A DNA stretch of 63,522 nucleotides, filler included, from Basidiobolus meristosporus CBS 931.73 (taxonomy: Eukaryota; Fungi; Basidiobolomycota), in the NCBI GenBank assembly GCA_002104905.1. It is 3 parts of 3 records of this genome, joined end to end, with 100 filler letters (N's around TTAATTAATTAA, not from the genome) between each part and the next. Parts side by side here need not be neighbours in the genome. Positions count along the whole stretch, not along the records: positions 35,851 to 63,522 come from MCFE01000899.1; 2 more parts are not named here. The stretch is one strand, 5' to 3'. The translations under genes and the position numbers were made by a program. This document shows positions 49,708 to 61,458 of the stretch, in pieces. Each line of letters opens with the position of its first letter. Position 1 is the stretch's first letter. The notes beneath the pieces were generated by a model. The model saw nothing but the letters and a program-made list of their open reading frames with translations. It was not told where the DNA came from and did not search any database.

Positions 49708-50771
49708 TGTGGGGTCACAGTGACACCCACTGACAGATGTACTCATTCCCATGCTTTCTACTTCCTTATTTCTCTACCACCTTATGTTAGTTTTAGCCCA
49801 TTTGTCTTACTTGATTGGTACTATCCCATAAGCTGGCTGACCATCACACCAGCTTACCTTATTGCATAAGTTAGCCCTCACTCTAAATAGGATTACTTGA
49901 TGTAGGTGATTCTATACTAGGCAGGTACCCACAACAGAACCTGTAACACATGACCAAACCATGCCATTGTCTCTACCACTTTCATACCATACAGAGCACC
50001 CCTATGTTACACAGGTTTCAGAACACTGATCCCTGATTGGTTGGGTGTGCTGTGCTTCTTAGAACCTTCTGGCACCTACTTAGAGCATTCTTAACTCATT
50101 CTGATGTCATCAGGATTTCTATTTGACCACTGTGACCTTATAGAACAGCATGATTACTAATCTCTTTCCTAGTGAGAAAAGTATGTAAGGGAGGCAATCC
50201 CTCAATATTCAGTTATCATCCCTTTTATCAATATACCAACTTGTTAATTAGGGTGATCATTGCAACCTGCTGCTACCTGAACTTCCTACCTCAGACCACA
50301 GGACACTCCCAAGACACCATGCTGACAGCCAACTGGCCTTGGAGGCACTACTTGTGAGGAGTACTCAGGGTAGGGATCTTTATCATATTTGATTCTTTCC
50401 CAAGTTTGATCTTGTATAGACAGAGATGTTTTTCTGTCTTTGTAACTATTGACTACAGCTGCATTCTTATTAAGTTGCTGCTGGTTGAGCTTACAGTAGT
50501 TTTGACTTTGGAAGTTTTAGTACATTGTCATCTCAAGGATGCGGAACCCATCACATACTTTTGTTAAGATGCTAGCTAAGTTGGGGATTGTAGCTCAATA
50601 GCTTTCCTTTGACAAGCTTGTGGCTTTATTGCCCTTCACATTGGATTAGAGACAGAGCCCAAGTATCCCTAGCAAGCTTTTGCCAAAGGTTATTGCATCC
50701 AGTGAACACCCCACACAAAACACTTGAGAAGTGTTGGATATATCTCTCCCTTGGACCTATACACTACCACA
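49708..50771 (+). mobile_element. Long LTR, family D (~1064 bp)
   Basis: TGTGG...CCACA ends, homologous to 53824-54627, flanks CTGT/CTGG. Confidence 0.65.
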
Positions 50772-52450
50772 CTGGTAATGAGCCCCAAGCTGCCACTTGC
50801 TGCAATGTATTCTACTGCTATTACTGGAATATTCCCTTCTGCTGAAAAGTAGGATAGATCTAACCATTAAGTCTGGAAGGTGAAGATAAATAGGCTGCTA
50901 CAAGAAAGAGGCCTTTAGGATATGGTCATGGGAGAAGAATGCTCTCCTAAAATATCAAGGAGAAAGCCTTGAAGTGCCTTTAGCTGCACTTGCATCAATG
51001 TTTACAACAAATTGCTAATTCAATGCTCAGGAGCAAATGCCATAAAGAATGCCTGGAGGGTATAAGAAGACACATACCAGCCTTGTTCAGCAGCTAAGTA
51101 AGCTCAGACATATTTTTGCTCTCAAGCACAAAAATGAAGAAAATTGCTAATTCAATCCTCATGTCAAAAGTGGAGACAAATTGCTAATTCAATGCTCAGG
51201 AGCAAATATTACAAAGAAAGCCTGGAAGACATTAGAAGACATCTACTTGTTATGCTCAGTGGCTTAGAAAGTGCATATTAGATAGTAACTCTTTACTATA
51301 AATATACGGCTAGGTGAAGAAATGAAAAATCTAACTACCAGAATATCCCTGTTGGCAGACAAGACGGACTATATGGGTGTACCAGTTACTGATGAATATG
51401 TAATAGCTTCCATCCTGAATAGCCTGGCAGACAGGCTTCAGGGCTCTGTGTCAGCCCTACAGTCTAGAACTGAAGATTTGACCTTTTATTACATATACAG
51501 AAGGAACCTTGATGTAGAATTAAGATAATCAACCACTAATGAGAAGGAAGAAGAAAATGCTTTAGTGGGTAACAATAACCAAACAAGTGCTTTAAGAGTC
51601 TTGGAGATATTAGTAGTGATTGGTAGAGCAAGTAAATTATGTGGTTCTCACTAAATCATTCATTCAATGTTAAAGTAGTATTTGTACTTTTACATAGTCT
51701 TGGCACAACAAGCACATAGAATAGGATTAGGATGGTCTCAGCAGCATGTGTGCAAAGTTTGGTACCAATTGGGCAATTTAGAGAATACTGACCAAATCCT
51801 TTGTTGGGATTTAGTTGGAATATTTCACCAAAATATCAGATCCCCAGAACATGAAAATTCTCAAATATTTGTAGGTAATGATTCAAGTAATCAAGTCAGG
51901 TGAGTATTCAGGTAGAAACTCAAATTATAGAACTTAATGGAGGTACTCAAGACCCTTTAAAGACAACAGCAACCTGTTTTGCAACTACAGCAAAAGGAAA
52001 GTACACACATCAGACTGGTGCCCCAAAAGGAGATAATCAGCATAAAAAGCCTGCATATGGAAATGCTGCAACATCTGAGGATAGAATACTCATATCCATA
52101 CTAAATATGATCACAAACAAGGATTCTTAGATGGGGTCTATTGATTCTGAGACCTCTCAGCAATTGGCACACCTAAAAAAACATTTTACACAATATTAAG
52201 AAACTCCTGTCAAGAAGGTTATCATGGGTACATAAGAGCACCCAATTCAATTGGAGAGTGAACCATCCAAGTAAACCCTAGAAGTAGTCATGGAAGCCAT
52301 ACATCTAGCCTCAAAGAAGTATTATATGAACCAGAAATAGTCAAAAACCTATTATCTGGGAAACAAGGCAGACAACCATATAAGAGTTCTGGGTTACTTT
52401 CAACCAAGAAAAATATTAGAACTAATTCACTCAGAGCTGTGTGTGTTATT
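50772..52450 (+). mobile_element. Old rearranged Copia A-lineage gag/PR relic with LTR pieces
   Basis: Degenerate PBS and gag, with internal duplications of AAATTGCTAATTCAAT. Confidence 0.7.
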
Positions 52451-53409
52451 AATATACACAAGGTAGGAGAGTAGAGCTAGGCAAATTCCTTGAGCTTAGA
52501 TAGAGCTTCTATCTTTCTCTACATGCAGTTGACCCACATGTTGTTTAAGCATCAATAAAAGGGATTAAATACTTCATCCTACCTAAGAATAAATTTTGCA
52601 TAGGTTCACACAGATCTGAGTGAATTAGATCTATTTTTTCTTAGTTTGATCAACTCAGAGCTCTTGAATAATTATTTGGCTTGTTACCCATATATGCAGG
52701 CTGCACAGTGCTCTAAATTAGCCAGGGGATCAATTTTATTCCAGAAAATAGCTGATCCTTGATCATGTTGTGCATAAAATCAAAACTGATGTGTCCAAAT
52801 CACCTGTACCAGAGCATTGGTGCTTCTTCATTTAAGTTATTTATATTGGCACTCAGATATGGTGGAATAAAAGTCAACCTGTACAGATTCTTAGCTCTGA
52901 TACCCAAAGAAGTATGGGCACCAATTTGATCAGTGATCCTGCATCCTGAATTGTCAAAACTGAAGCTGAATTCTTCTGAAGTGGCCTTGCTTACGGATAG
53001 TAGGCTCTTGGCTATTCCTGGTGAATATAATACTTCTTTGAAGGTAAGTGTATGGCTTCCTTCACTGCTTTCAAGGCTTACCTGGATAGTTCCTTCTCCC
53101 ACTACAGCAAGTGTTCTATTGTCACCCATGAAAACCTTCTTGATTGGAATTTCTTGATGTTAGGTGAAAAGTTCTTTTTGGTGTGCAAAGTGTCAAGATG
53201 CTCCAGAGACAATGTACCACATCTGAGAGTCCTTGTTTATGAGCACATTTAGTGCAGATATGGATAGTCTATCCTCTGTTGTTGCAGCATTTCCATATTC
53301 AGGCTTATTTTGCTGATTTTCTCACATTTTGAAGCACAGGTTGGATGTGTGTCCTTCCCATTTGCAGTAGTTACAAAACAGGCTGCTGTTGCCTTTGAAG
53401 GGTCTTGAG

Positions 53410-53757
53410 TATTAAAATTATTAAATTGCTTCCTGAATATTCACACTAACTTAGTCATATAGATCTTATCCTTTGATTAGCATTCTGTCCTGACCAAATT
53501 TCTTGTTGGGATTTACTTGGAATATTTTCATCAAATTATCAGGTACCCAAGTTAGGATCTTTCTCAAGGTTGTCAAAAGCCCCCAAGCTTTGCTCTCATA
53601 TTTCTTGGACCTTCCCTAGCAAACCCTACATGATTTTTTGCTCTACTTTATCAAAAATATAAATACTATACTTTTGATCAGTAAATCTACAAGTGAATAA
53701 TATGAAAATCCTCTAGTTCTCCACATCACTTCCAATACTCCTCAGAATATTGTAACA
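53410..53757 (+). mobile_element. Solo LTR of an A-related subfamily (A')
   Basis: 348 bp, perfect TSD TTGAG; related relic near 48330-48640. Confidence 0.85.
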
Positions 53758-53823
53758 TTGAGTACCTCCTTTGTTAGTTACCATTGCTTATTAAAGCATT
53801 TTCTTCTTCCTTTTTATTAGCAC

Positions 53824-54627
53824 TGTGGTAGGGTAAACATACCTCCCACAGACAAGTTTATTTATATAGTCATTATGATATACTTATCCATATTCTATCT
53901 TATCAGTATTATCCCATTCTTCTTTTGCCCATATTATCAGTATTATCCCCATATGATGTTTACCCTTATTAGTTATTAGCATTAGTTATCCTAGAAGTTA
54001 TTCAGCCTTGTGATCAGTATATGTATCTACGCAAGGCAAGTACCCGCGTCAGTACCTGTGACACATGACCTAGGTCTATGTTACCATCCCTACCATTTCA
54101 ATACCATATATGGTATTTCTATGTTGCACAAGTCTCAGACTACTGATTCCTGATTGGTTGAATGTGCTGTGCCGTTTAGAACCTTCCAGGACATTCTTGG
54201 CATATTTTTAGCTCATAGTGATGTCATCAAGAATTCCATTAATACCTAGAATCTTCTAGATTTTTGCCCTTAGTAATAACTTGGCAATCAGGAAAAGTAT
54301 TTAAGGGAAAGCAATCCCTCATCAATAAATCATCCCTTCTATCAGTAACACTTCTACCTTATTGATTAGCAGTTGATCACTGCACCTTCCTTCAACAGTA
54401 CATCTCAGACCTGCCTTCAAGGAGCTTTTCAGGGTAGTGCACAAGACACACAGAGGCCTTTGGAGACACTTGGAGCACCTAGGAAGCTAGAGAAGCAGGA
54501 GCTTTTATCATAGTGACATATTGACACAGACACCACAAGTATAGACACAGAGGTTATTGCACCCATCAGACACCTCACACACCTTGAGTTGTGTAGCTTC
54601 TCCCAGGAGTACCTCTACACCACCACA
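53824..54627 (+). mobile_element. Solo LTR, family D (804 bp)
   Basis: TGTGGT...ACCACA ends, 4-bp TSD GCAC, inserted in Copia A gag. Confidence 0.88.
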
Positions 54628-55801
54628 GCACTTAATTATCTGAGTTCTTCATCCAGGAGCCTTCCATATAAGTAATTTAAGGTCATATCTGCAGTTGTGG
54701 GCTCTAGGTCTGATGCAAGGCCCCAAAGCTTATCTGTCAGGCTATTTAGAAAGGTAGCCATCACATCCGCATTATTGGCTGGTACTCCCACATATTGCAC
54801 TTAATCCATTAGCAGGGGATTTCTGTTGATTAGATTTTTCCCTTTATCTCCTGGCAGAATCTCTGTAGTTAAGCACTTTGTCTAAGATACATTTTCTTAG
54901 CAGCTGAACATGACTAGTATCTGTCCTCTAATGCCTTCCAGGCATTCCTTGTAGTTTTTGCTCCTTAGCATTGAACTAGCAATTTGTCTATGACATTAAG
55001 GCAAATGCTGTTAAGGCACTTTACTCTTTCTTCTGGTACTCTAAGGATTCCTCTCTCAATTTTAAGGAGGGCATTTTTCTTCCATGACAATATCCCAAAG
55101 GCCTCTTTCTTGTAGCAGCATCTTCATCTTCACCTTCCACACTTGGTAGTCAGATTCATCATGCTTTTCAGCAGAGGGAAATATTCTGGCAATAGCAGTA
55201 GTAGACATTGCAGAGAGTGACAGCTTGGGGCTTATAGCCTGCCATAATAGTCTTGGAGATATCAGAAGTGATTGCGACAACAAGTATATCATGAGGTATT
55301 TGCTTAATGGTTTATTAAATGTAAAAGTAGTATTTATACTTTTACATAGTCTTGGCATAGTAAGCACATAGAATAAGCTTAGGAATATCCCATGTGCATT
55401 TGTGCAGAGTTTGGGGCTGTCAGGATAGATCAGCAAACTTTCATGTTCTGGGTATCTGATATTTTGGTGAAAATATTCCAAGTAAATCCCAACAAAGAAT
55501 TTGGACAGTATTCTTTAGGATTTGAATGTAATGCTCTAAGTGACTAAGATAGGTGAATACTTGTGTGGAATACAATCTTGGCAACAGCTCCAAAGCTGAT
55601 GATGCACCAAGTTTGGAAGTCAGAAGATCTATCATTGGATTCACTTTTCTTCAATGTAAAGAAGCAATTTCATGGAACTTAAAAAAGCAATCAACTGTGT
55701 CACACTCCACCATAGAGACAAATTGTATGGCAGCCTGTGAAGCTATCAAAAAAGCAATGTGTCTAAGGAAGTGTTTTAAAGATATAGGTGTATGTATAAA
55801 A

Positions 55802-56150
55802 TGTTGCAAGAGTTTTGGAGATACTGGGAGTGATTGGGATGACAAGTAGATTATGTGGTTATCACTTAATGATTTATTGAATGTAAAAGTAGTATTTATA
55901 CTTTTACATGGTCTTGGCATTGCAAACACATAGAATAGGCTAAGGAAGGTTCCAAGAACATGTGTGCAAAGTTTGGGGCTGTTTGGACAACTTTGAGAAT
56001 TTTCATGTTCTGGATACCCGGTATTTTGGTGAAAATATTCTAAGTAAATCCCATCAAGTATTTTGGTCAGTATTCTCTAGGATTTGAAAGTAATGATCTA
56101 AGTGACTAAGTTATGTGAATATTTAGGTGGAAATACAAATCTTTACAACA
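55802..56150 (-). mobile_element. Solo Copia A LTR in an RNaseH relic
   Basis: 349 bp, perfect TSD TAAAA. Confidence 0.93.
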
Positions 56151-56414
56151 TAAAAATGCTGATTACTTAATTTCAAGATAATCACATATGAGAGCATGTT
56201 TCAAAATTTGTAGTTCCACCTTAATATTCACCTACCTTGCTCACTAAGCATATCACCTACAAAACTTAGAGAATACTGATCAAGTTCTTGTCTGGAATTT
56301 TCTTGGAATATTTTAACCAAAATATCAGGTACCCAAACATGAAAATTCTCAAAGTGGTCCAAGCAGCTCCAAACTTTGCACACATGTTGTTGGGACCTTT
56401 CTAAGCCTATTGTG

Positions 56415-57299
56415 TGTTGTAAGAATTTGTATTTCCACCAAATTTCTCACCTAACTTAGTCACTTATATCATCACCTTCAGATCCTAGAGAATACTGACC
56501 AAATTCCTTGATAGGATTTACTTAGAATATTTTCACCAAAATACCAGGTATCCAGAGCATGAAAATTCTCAAAGTTGTCCAAACAGCCCCAAGCTTTGTA
56601 CACATGCTCTTGGGACCTTCCTTAACCTATTCTACATGTTTATTATGCCAAGACCAGGTAAAAGTATAAACACTACTTTTACATTCAATAAATCATTAAA
56701 TGAAAACCACATAATCTACTTGTTCTCCCAATCACTTCCAATATCTCCAAGACTCTTACAACAGGTTATGAGCCCTGAGCTGTCACTCGCTGAGATGTCT
56801 ACCACTGCTACTACTAGAATTTTTCCCTCTGCTGAAAAGTTGGATGGATCCAACTGCAAAGTGTGGGAGGTGAAGATGAAGATGCTGCTACAAGAAAGAG
56901 GCCTTTGGGATATTGTCATGGGAGAAGAATGCCCTCCTAAAAGCAAGGGAGAGGAAGCCTTAAAGTACCAGAAGAAAGAACAAAGTGCCTTTGACTGCAT
57001 TTGCCTTAATGTCAAAGACAAATTGCTAATTCAATGCTCAAGAGCAAAAATGGCAAAGAATGCCTGGAAGGCATTAGAAAACACCTACCAGTCATGTTCA
57101 GCTGCTAAGAAAATGTGTCTGAGACAAAAATTCTTAACTACAAAGATGCTGCCAGGAGAAGAAATGAAAAATCTAATTAACAGAATTACCCTGCTGGTAG
57201 ATGAGATGGAATCTGTGGGCATACCAACTTCTGATGAGGATGTGATAGTTACCATCCTGAATAGCCTGACAGACAAGTTTCAGGGCCTTGTGTCAGCCC
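56415..57299 (+). mobile_element. Copia A LTR (56415-56763) + PBS + gag, interrupted by A4
   Basis: gag ORF stops exactly where the next A LTR begins (CAGCCC|TGTTG). Confidence 0.9.
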
Positions 57300-60200
57300 T
57301 GTTGTAAAAATTTGTAATTCCACCTAAATATTCACCTAACTTTGTCACTTAGATCATCACCTTCAAATCCTAGAGAATACTGACCAAATTCCTTGTTGGG
57401 ATTTACTTAGAATATTTTCACCAAAATACCAGGTACCCAGAACATGAAAATTCTCAAAGTTGTCCAAACAGCCCCAAACTTTGCACACATGCTCTTGGGA
57501 TCTTCCTTAACCTATTCTACGTGTTTGTAATGCCAAGACCAGGTAAAAGTATAAATACTACTTTTACATTCAATAAATCATTAAGTGAAAACCACATAAT
57601 CTACTTGTTCTCCAAATCACTTCCAATATCTCCAAGACTCTTACAACAGGTTATGAGCCCCAAGCTGTCACCCTCTGCAATGTCTACTACTGCTATTACT
57701 GGAATTTTTCCCTCTGCTGAAAAGTTGGATGGATCTAACTACCAAGTGTGGAAGGTGAAGATGAAGATGAAGATGCTGCTACAAGAAAGAGGCCTTTGGG
57801 ATATTGTCATGGGAGAAGAATGCCCTCCCAAAAGCAAGGGAGAGGAAGCCTTAAAGTACCAGAAGAAAGAACAAAGTGCCTTTAACTGCATTTGCCTTAA
57901 TGTCAAGGACAAATTGATAATTCAATGCTCAAGAGCAAAAACGGCAAAGAATGCCTGGAAAGCATTAGAAGACATCTACCAGTCATGTTCAGCTGCCAAG
58001 AAAATGTATCTGAGACAAAAATTCTTTACTACAAAGATGCTGCCAGGGGAAGAAATGAAAAATCTAATTAACAGAATTACCCTGCTGGTAGATGAGATGG
58101 AATCTGTGGGCGTACCAACTACTGATGAGGATGTGATAGTTACCATCCTGAATAGCCTGACAGACAAGTTTCAGGGCCTTGTATCAGCCCTAGAGTCCAG
58201 AACTGAAGATTTGACCTTAAATTACGTATATGGAAGGCTCCTGGATGAAGAATTATGAAAATCAAGCACCAATAAGAAGGGAGAAAAAAATGTTTTAATA
58301 AGCAATGATAACCAACAAAGGAGGTACCCAAGACCCTACAAAGCAACAGCAACCTGTTTTGTAACTACTGCAAAAGGCAAGGACACACATCAGACCGGTG
58401 TCTCAAAAGAAAGATAATCAGCAAAAGAAGCCTGAATATGGAAATGCTGCAACAACTGAAGATAGACTATTTATATCTGCACTAAATATGACCACAAGCA
58501 AGGATTCTCAGACGTGGTATACTGACTCTGGAGCATTTCAACACTTTACACACCAAAAAGAACTTTTTACCCAATAGACTTGTTCCATTGTGCCATTGAT
58601 CATAGTGCCAGAGAGTGCTGTATATTTTGTTATTAATTTGATATTTTAGGGTCATATGCATGTCAATTTTGATCCCAAATTGGCACTGTATGGCACCATC
58701 TGGCACTCTGAGGCATGATCAGGCACCATCTGGCATGCTATGGCACTATTGGGCACTATGATCAGCTGGAATGATGGAACAAGTCTAATATCAAGAAATT
58801 CCAATTATGAAGGTTTTCATGGGTGACAATAGAACACTTGATGCAGTGGGAGAAGGAACTATCCAAGTAAACCTTAGAAGCAGTGAAGGAAGCCATACAC
58901 TGACCTTTAAAGAAGCACTCTATGTACCAGAAATAGCCAAGAACCTACTCTCTGTAAGCAAGGCCACAGCAGAAGGACTCAGTTTCAGTTTTGACAATTC
59001 TGGATGCAGGATCACTGATCAAAATGGTGCTCATATTGCTTTGGGGATCAGAGATCAGAATCTATACAAGTTGACTATTATTCCATCATATCTGGAAGCC
59101 AATATAAGTAACTTAAATGAAGAAACACCAATGCTCTTGCACAGGAGATTTGGGCATATCAATTTTGATTATTTGCGCAAATTGATCAAAGATCAGCAAA
59201 TTTCTGGAGTGAAAGTTGATCCTCCAGCTAATTTGGAGCACTGTGACGCCTGCATATATGGGAAACAAGCCAGACAACCGTTCAAGAGCTCTGGGTTAAT
59301 CAAAACTAAGAAAAAATTAGATCTCATACACTCAGGTCTGTGTGGACCTATGCAAATTTTATCCTTTGGCGGGATGAAGTATTCAATCACTTTTATTGAT
59401 GATTATACAAGATACACATGGGTCTAATTCATGGAGAGAAAGGAAGAAGCTCTGTCTAAGCTCAGGGAGTTTAAAGCCATGGTGGAGAGAGAAACTGGTG
59501 AAAAAATCAAGAAAATACGCTCTGACAATGGTGGAGAATATACCTCAAAACTCTTCATCCACTTCTGCAAAATTCATGGGATAAAGCAAGAGACTACTGT
59601 ACCATATTCCCCACAGCAAAATGGAGTAGTAGAATGTGCTTACCAATCAATAATTGATATGGCAAGATCTATGATCCATGATCAAATATTATCCTATGTT
59701 TTTTTGGTGGAATCAGTTGCCACTGCTGTATACCTTAAAAATAGGAGTTATAACAGAATACTTTGTGATTCTACTCCATTTGAAGCATGGTATGGATACA
59801 GACCAAGTGCAGAACATCTAAGAATATTTGGGTGTACAGCATATGCCAAAAAACTGGCCGGAAATCAGTCAAAACTTGAGCCAAAAAGTGTAAAATGCAT
59901 ATTTTTGGACTACTGCAATGAGAGTAAGGCATACAGACTCTACAATACCAAAGCAAAGAAGCTGATCAAGTCCAGGGATGTGTTGTTTGATGAAAATTCA
60001 AAATTTTCACACAAAATGACATCAGATGCTGACAAAATTTGATCTCAAGTCCACCAATTGTCAGGATTGAATCAGAGCAAAACAATGAAAATTTTTTCAC
60101 TCCAGAGGACTCTACAACCGTGGTTCAGCCAGAATCAGTGCCTAGGAATATCCCAGAAGTGATCATTCCAGCATCAAATGCCCGGAGATCCAATAGGGCA

Positions 60201-61458
60201 AGAAATAGCCCAAATTACTATATCAATGAGGGTACAAACTTAGCCTATGCCTATTCAGTCCATATTGATGAACCCCAGACTGTAAAAGAGGCCCTAAATA
60301 GCCCTCACACAAAGTTTTGGAGATCTGCAATGACTGAGGAATTTCAGGCCCTGATGGAAAATCAAACTTGGGACTTAGTCAAATTACCAATCAACTGAAT
60401 ATCAATTGGATGCAGATGGGTCTTAAAGACAAAATACAAGGCTGATGGTATAATTGAGAGATACAAAGCAAGACTTGTAGCCAAAGGATACTCTCAAACA
60501 AAAGGACATGACTATACTGAGACCTTTGCACCGGTAGCCAAGTTTAATTCCATCAGATTAATACTGGCTATTGCAGCCAAATATAAGTTTTTTATTCATC
60601 AAATGGATGTAAAAACTGCATTTTTGCATGGAGAACTTGATGATGACGTGTATATGGACCAGCCTGATGGGTTTGTTGACCAAGATAACCCCCATTTGGT
60701 CTGCAAGCTTAAAAAGTCACTATATGGTCTCAAACAATCTCCAAGAGCCTGGAATTGCAAGATAGATTCTTATTTGGAATCTTTGAGTTTCAAAAGAAGT
60801 AATGCTGACTTTAGTATATACTATAAGCCAGATAGAGCAAATCCAGTTCTATTAGCTCTATATGTGGATGATCTTATTATAGCTGCCAATAACCTAGAAA
60901 CATTGGAAGAGACTAAATCCAGCCTATGTAAGGAGTTCAAGATGTCTAATCTAGGAGAGCTTAATTACTATTTAGGGATTAAGTTCTCCATAGACAGAAG
61001 TACCCAGACTATCACCCTAAGCCAATCCAAGTATATTCAAGATATACTAAAGAAGTACCAAATGTAAGACTGTAATCTGGCAGCTACTCCAATGGAGACA
61101 AACCTTAACTTGGTCAAAACTCAACCAAGTCAAGAGAGCTTGGTGCCATCTGAAAGCCCTGACTTTCCTTATCAATCTATGGTTGGCATTTTGATGTATA
61201 TCATGCTTGGAACACGTCCAGATATCTCATATTCAGTGGGAGTTGTGAGCCAACATAATCAGAACTATGGATCTGATCATATTGCAGCAGTTAAGCGGAT
61301 TTTTAGATACCTAAAAGGAGCTGCTGATAACTGCTTAAGATACACTTATAAGGATTCAGAACAGGATCTTGTGGGATACTCTGATGCTGATTGGGGACAA
61401 AATTTAGAAGACAGAAGATCCACCACAGGATACACCTTTCTTTACTGTAAAGGGGCAA
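57300..61458 (+). mobile_element. Copia A element A4, defective and 3'-truncated (LTR 57300-57648)
   Basis: PBS; gag with TGA at 58256; MITE in the protease region; several stops/frameshifts; RNaseH cut at about 61458. Confidence 0.92.
58576..58786. mobile_element. 211-bp MITE, 13-bp TIR AGACTTGTTCCAT, 3-bp TSD AAT
   Basis: Empty site CCCAATATCAAG in A3; subterminal TGGCAC/GTGCC repeats. Confidence 0.9.

Larger units (their letters stand above)
52450..55586 (-). mobile_element. Older Copia A element, 5' half (LTR 55240-55586, gag-PR-IN relic) hosting two solo LTRs
   Basis: Degenerate PBS GGCTATAAGCCCC and LTR; gag resumes across both insertions. Confidence 0.8.
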
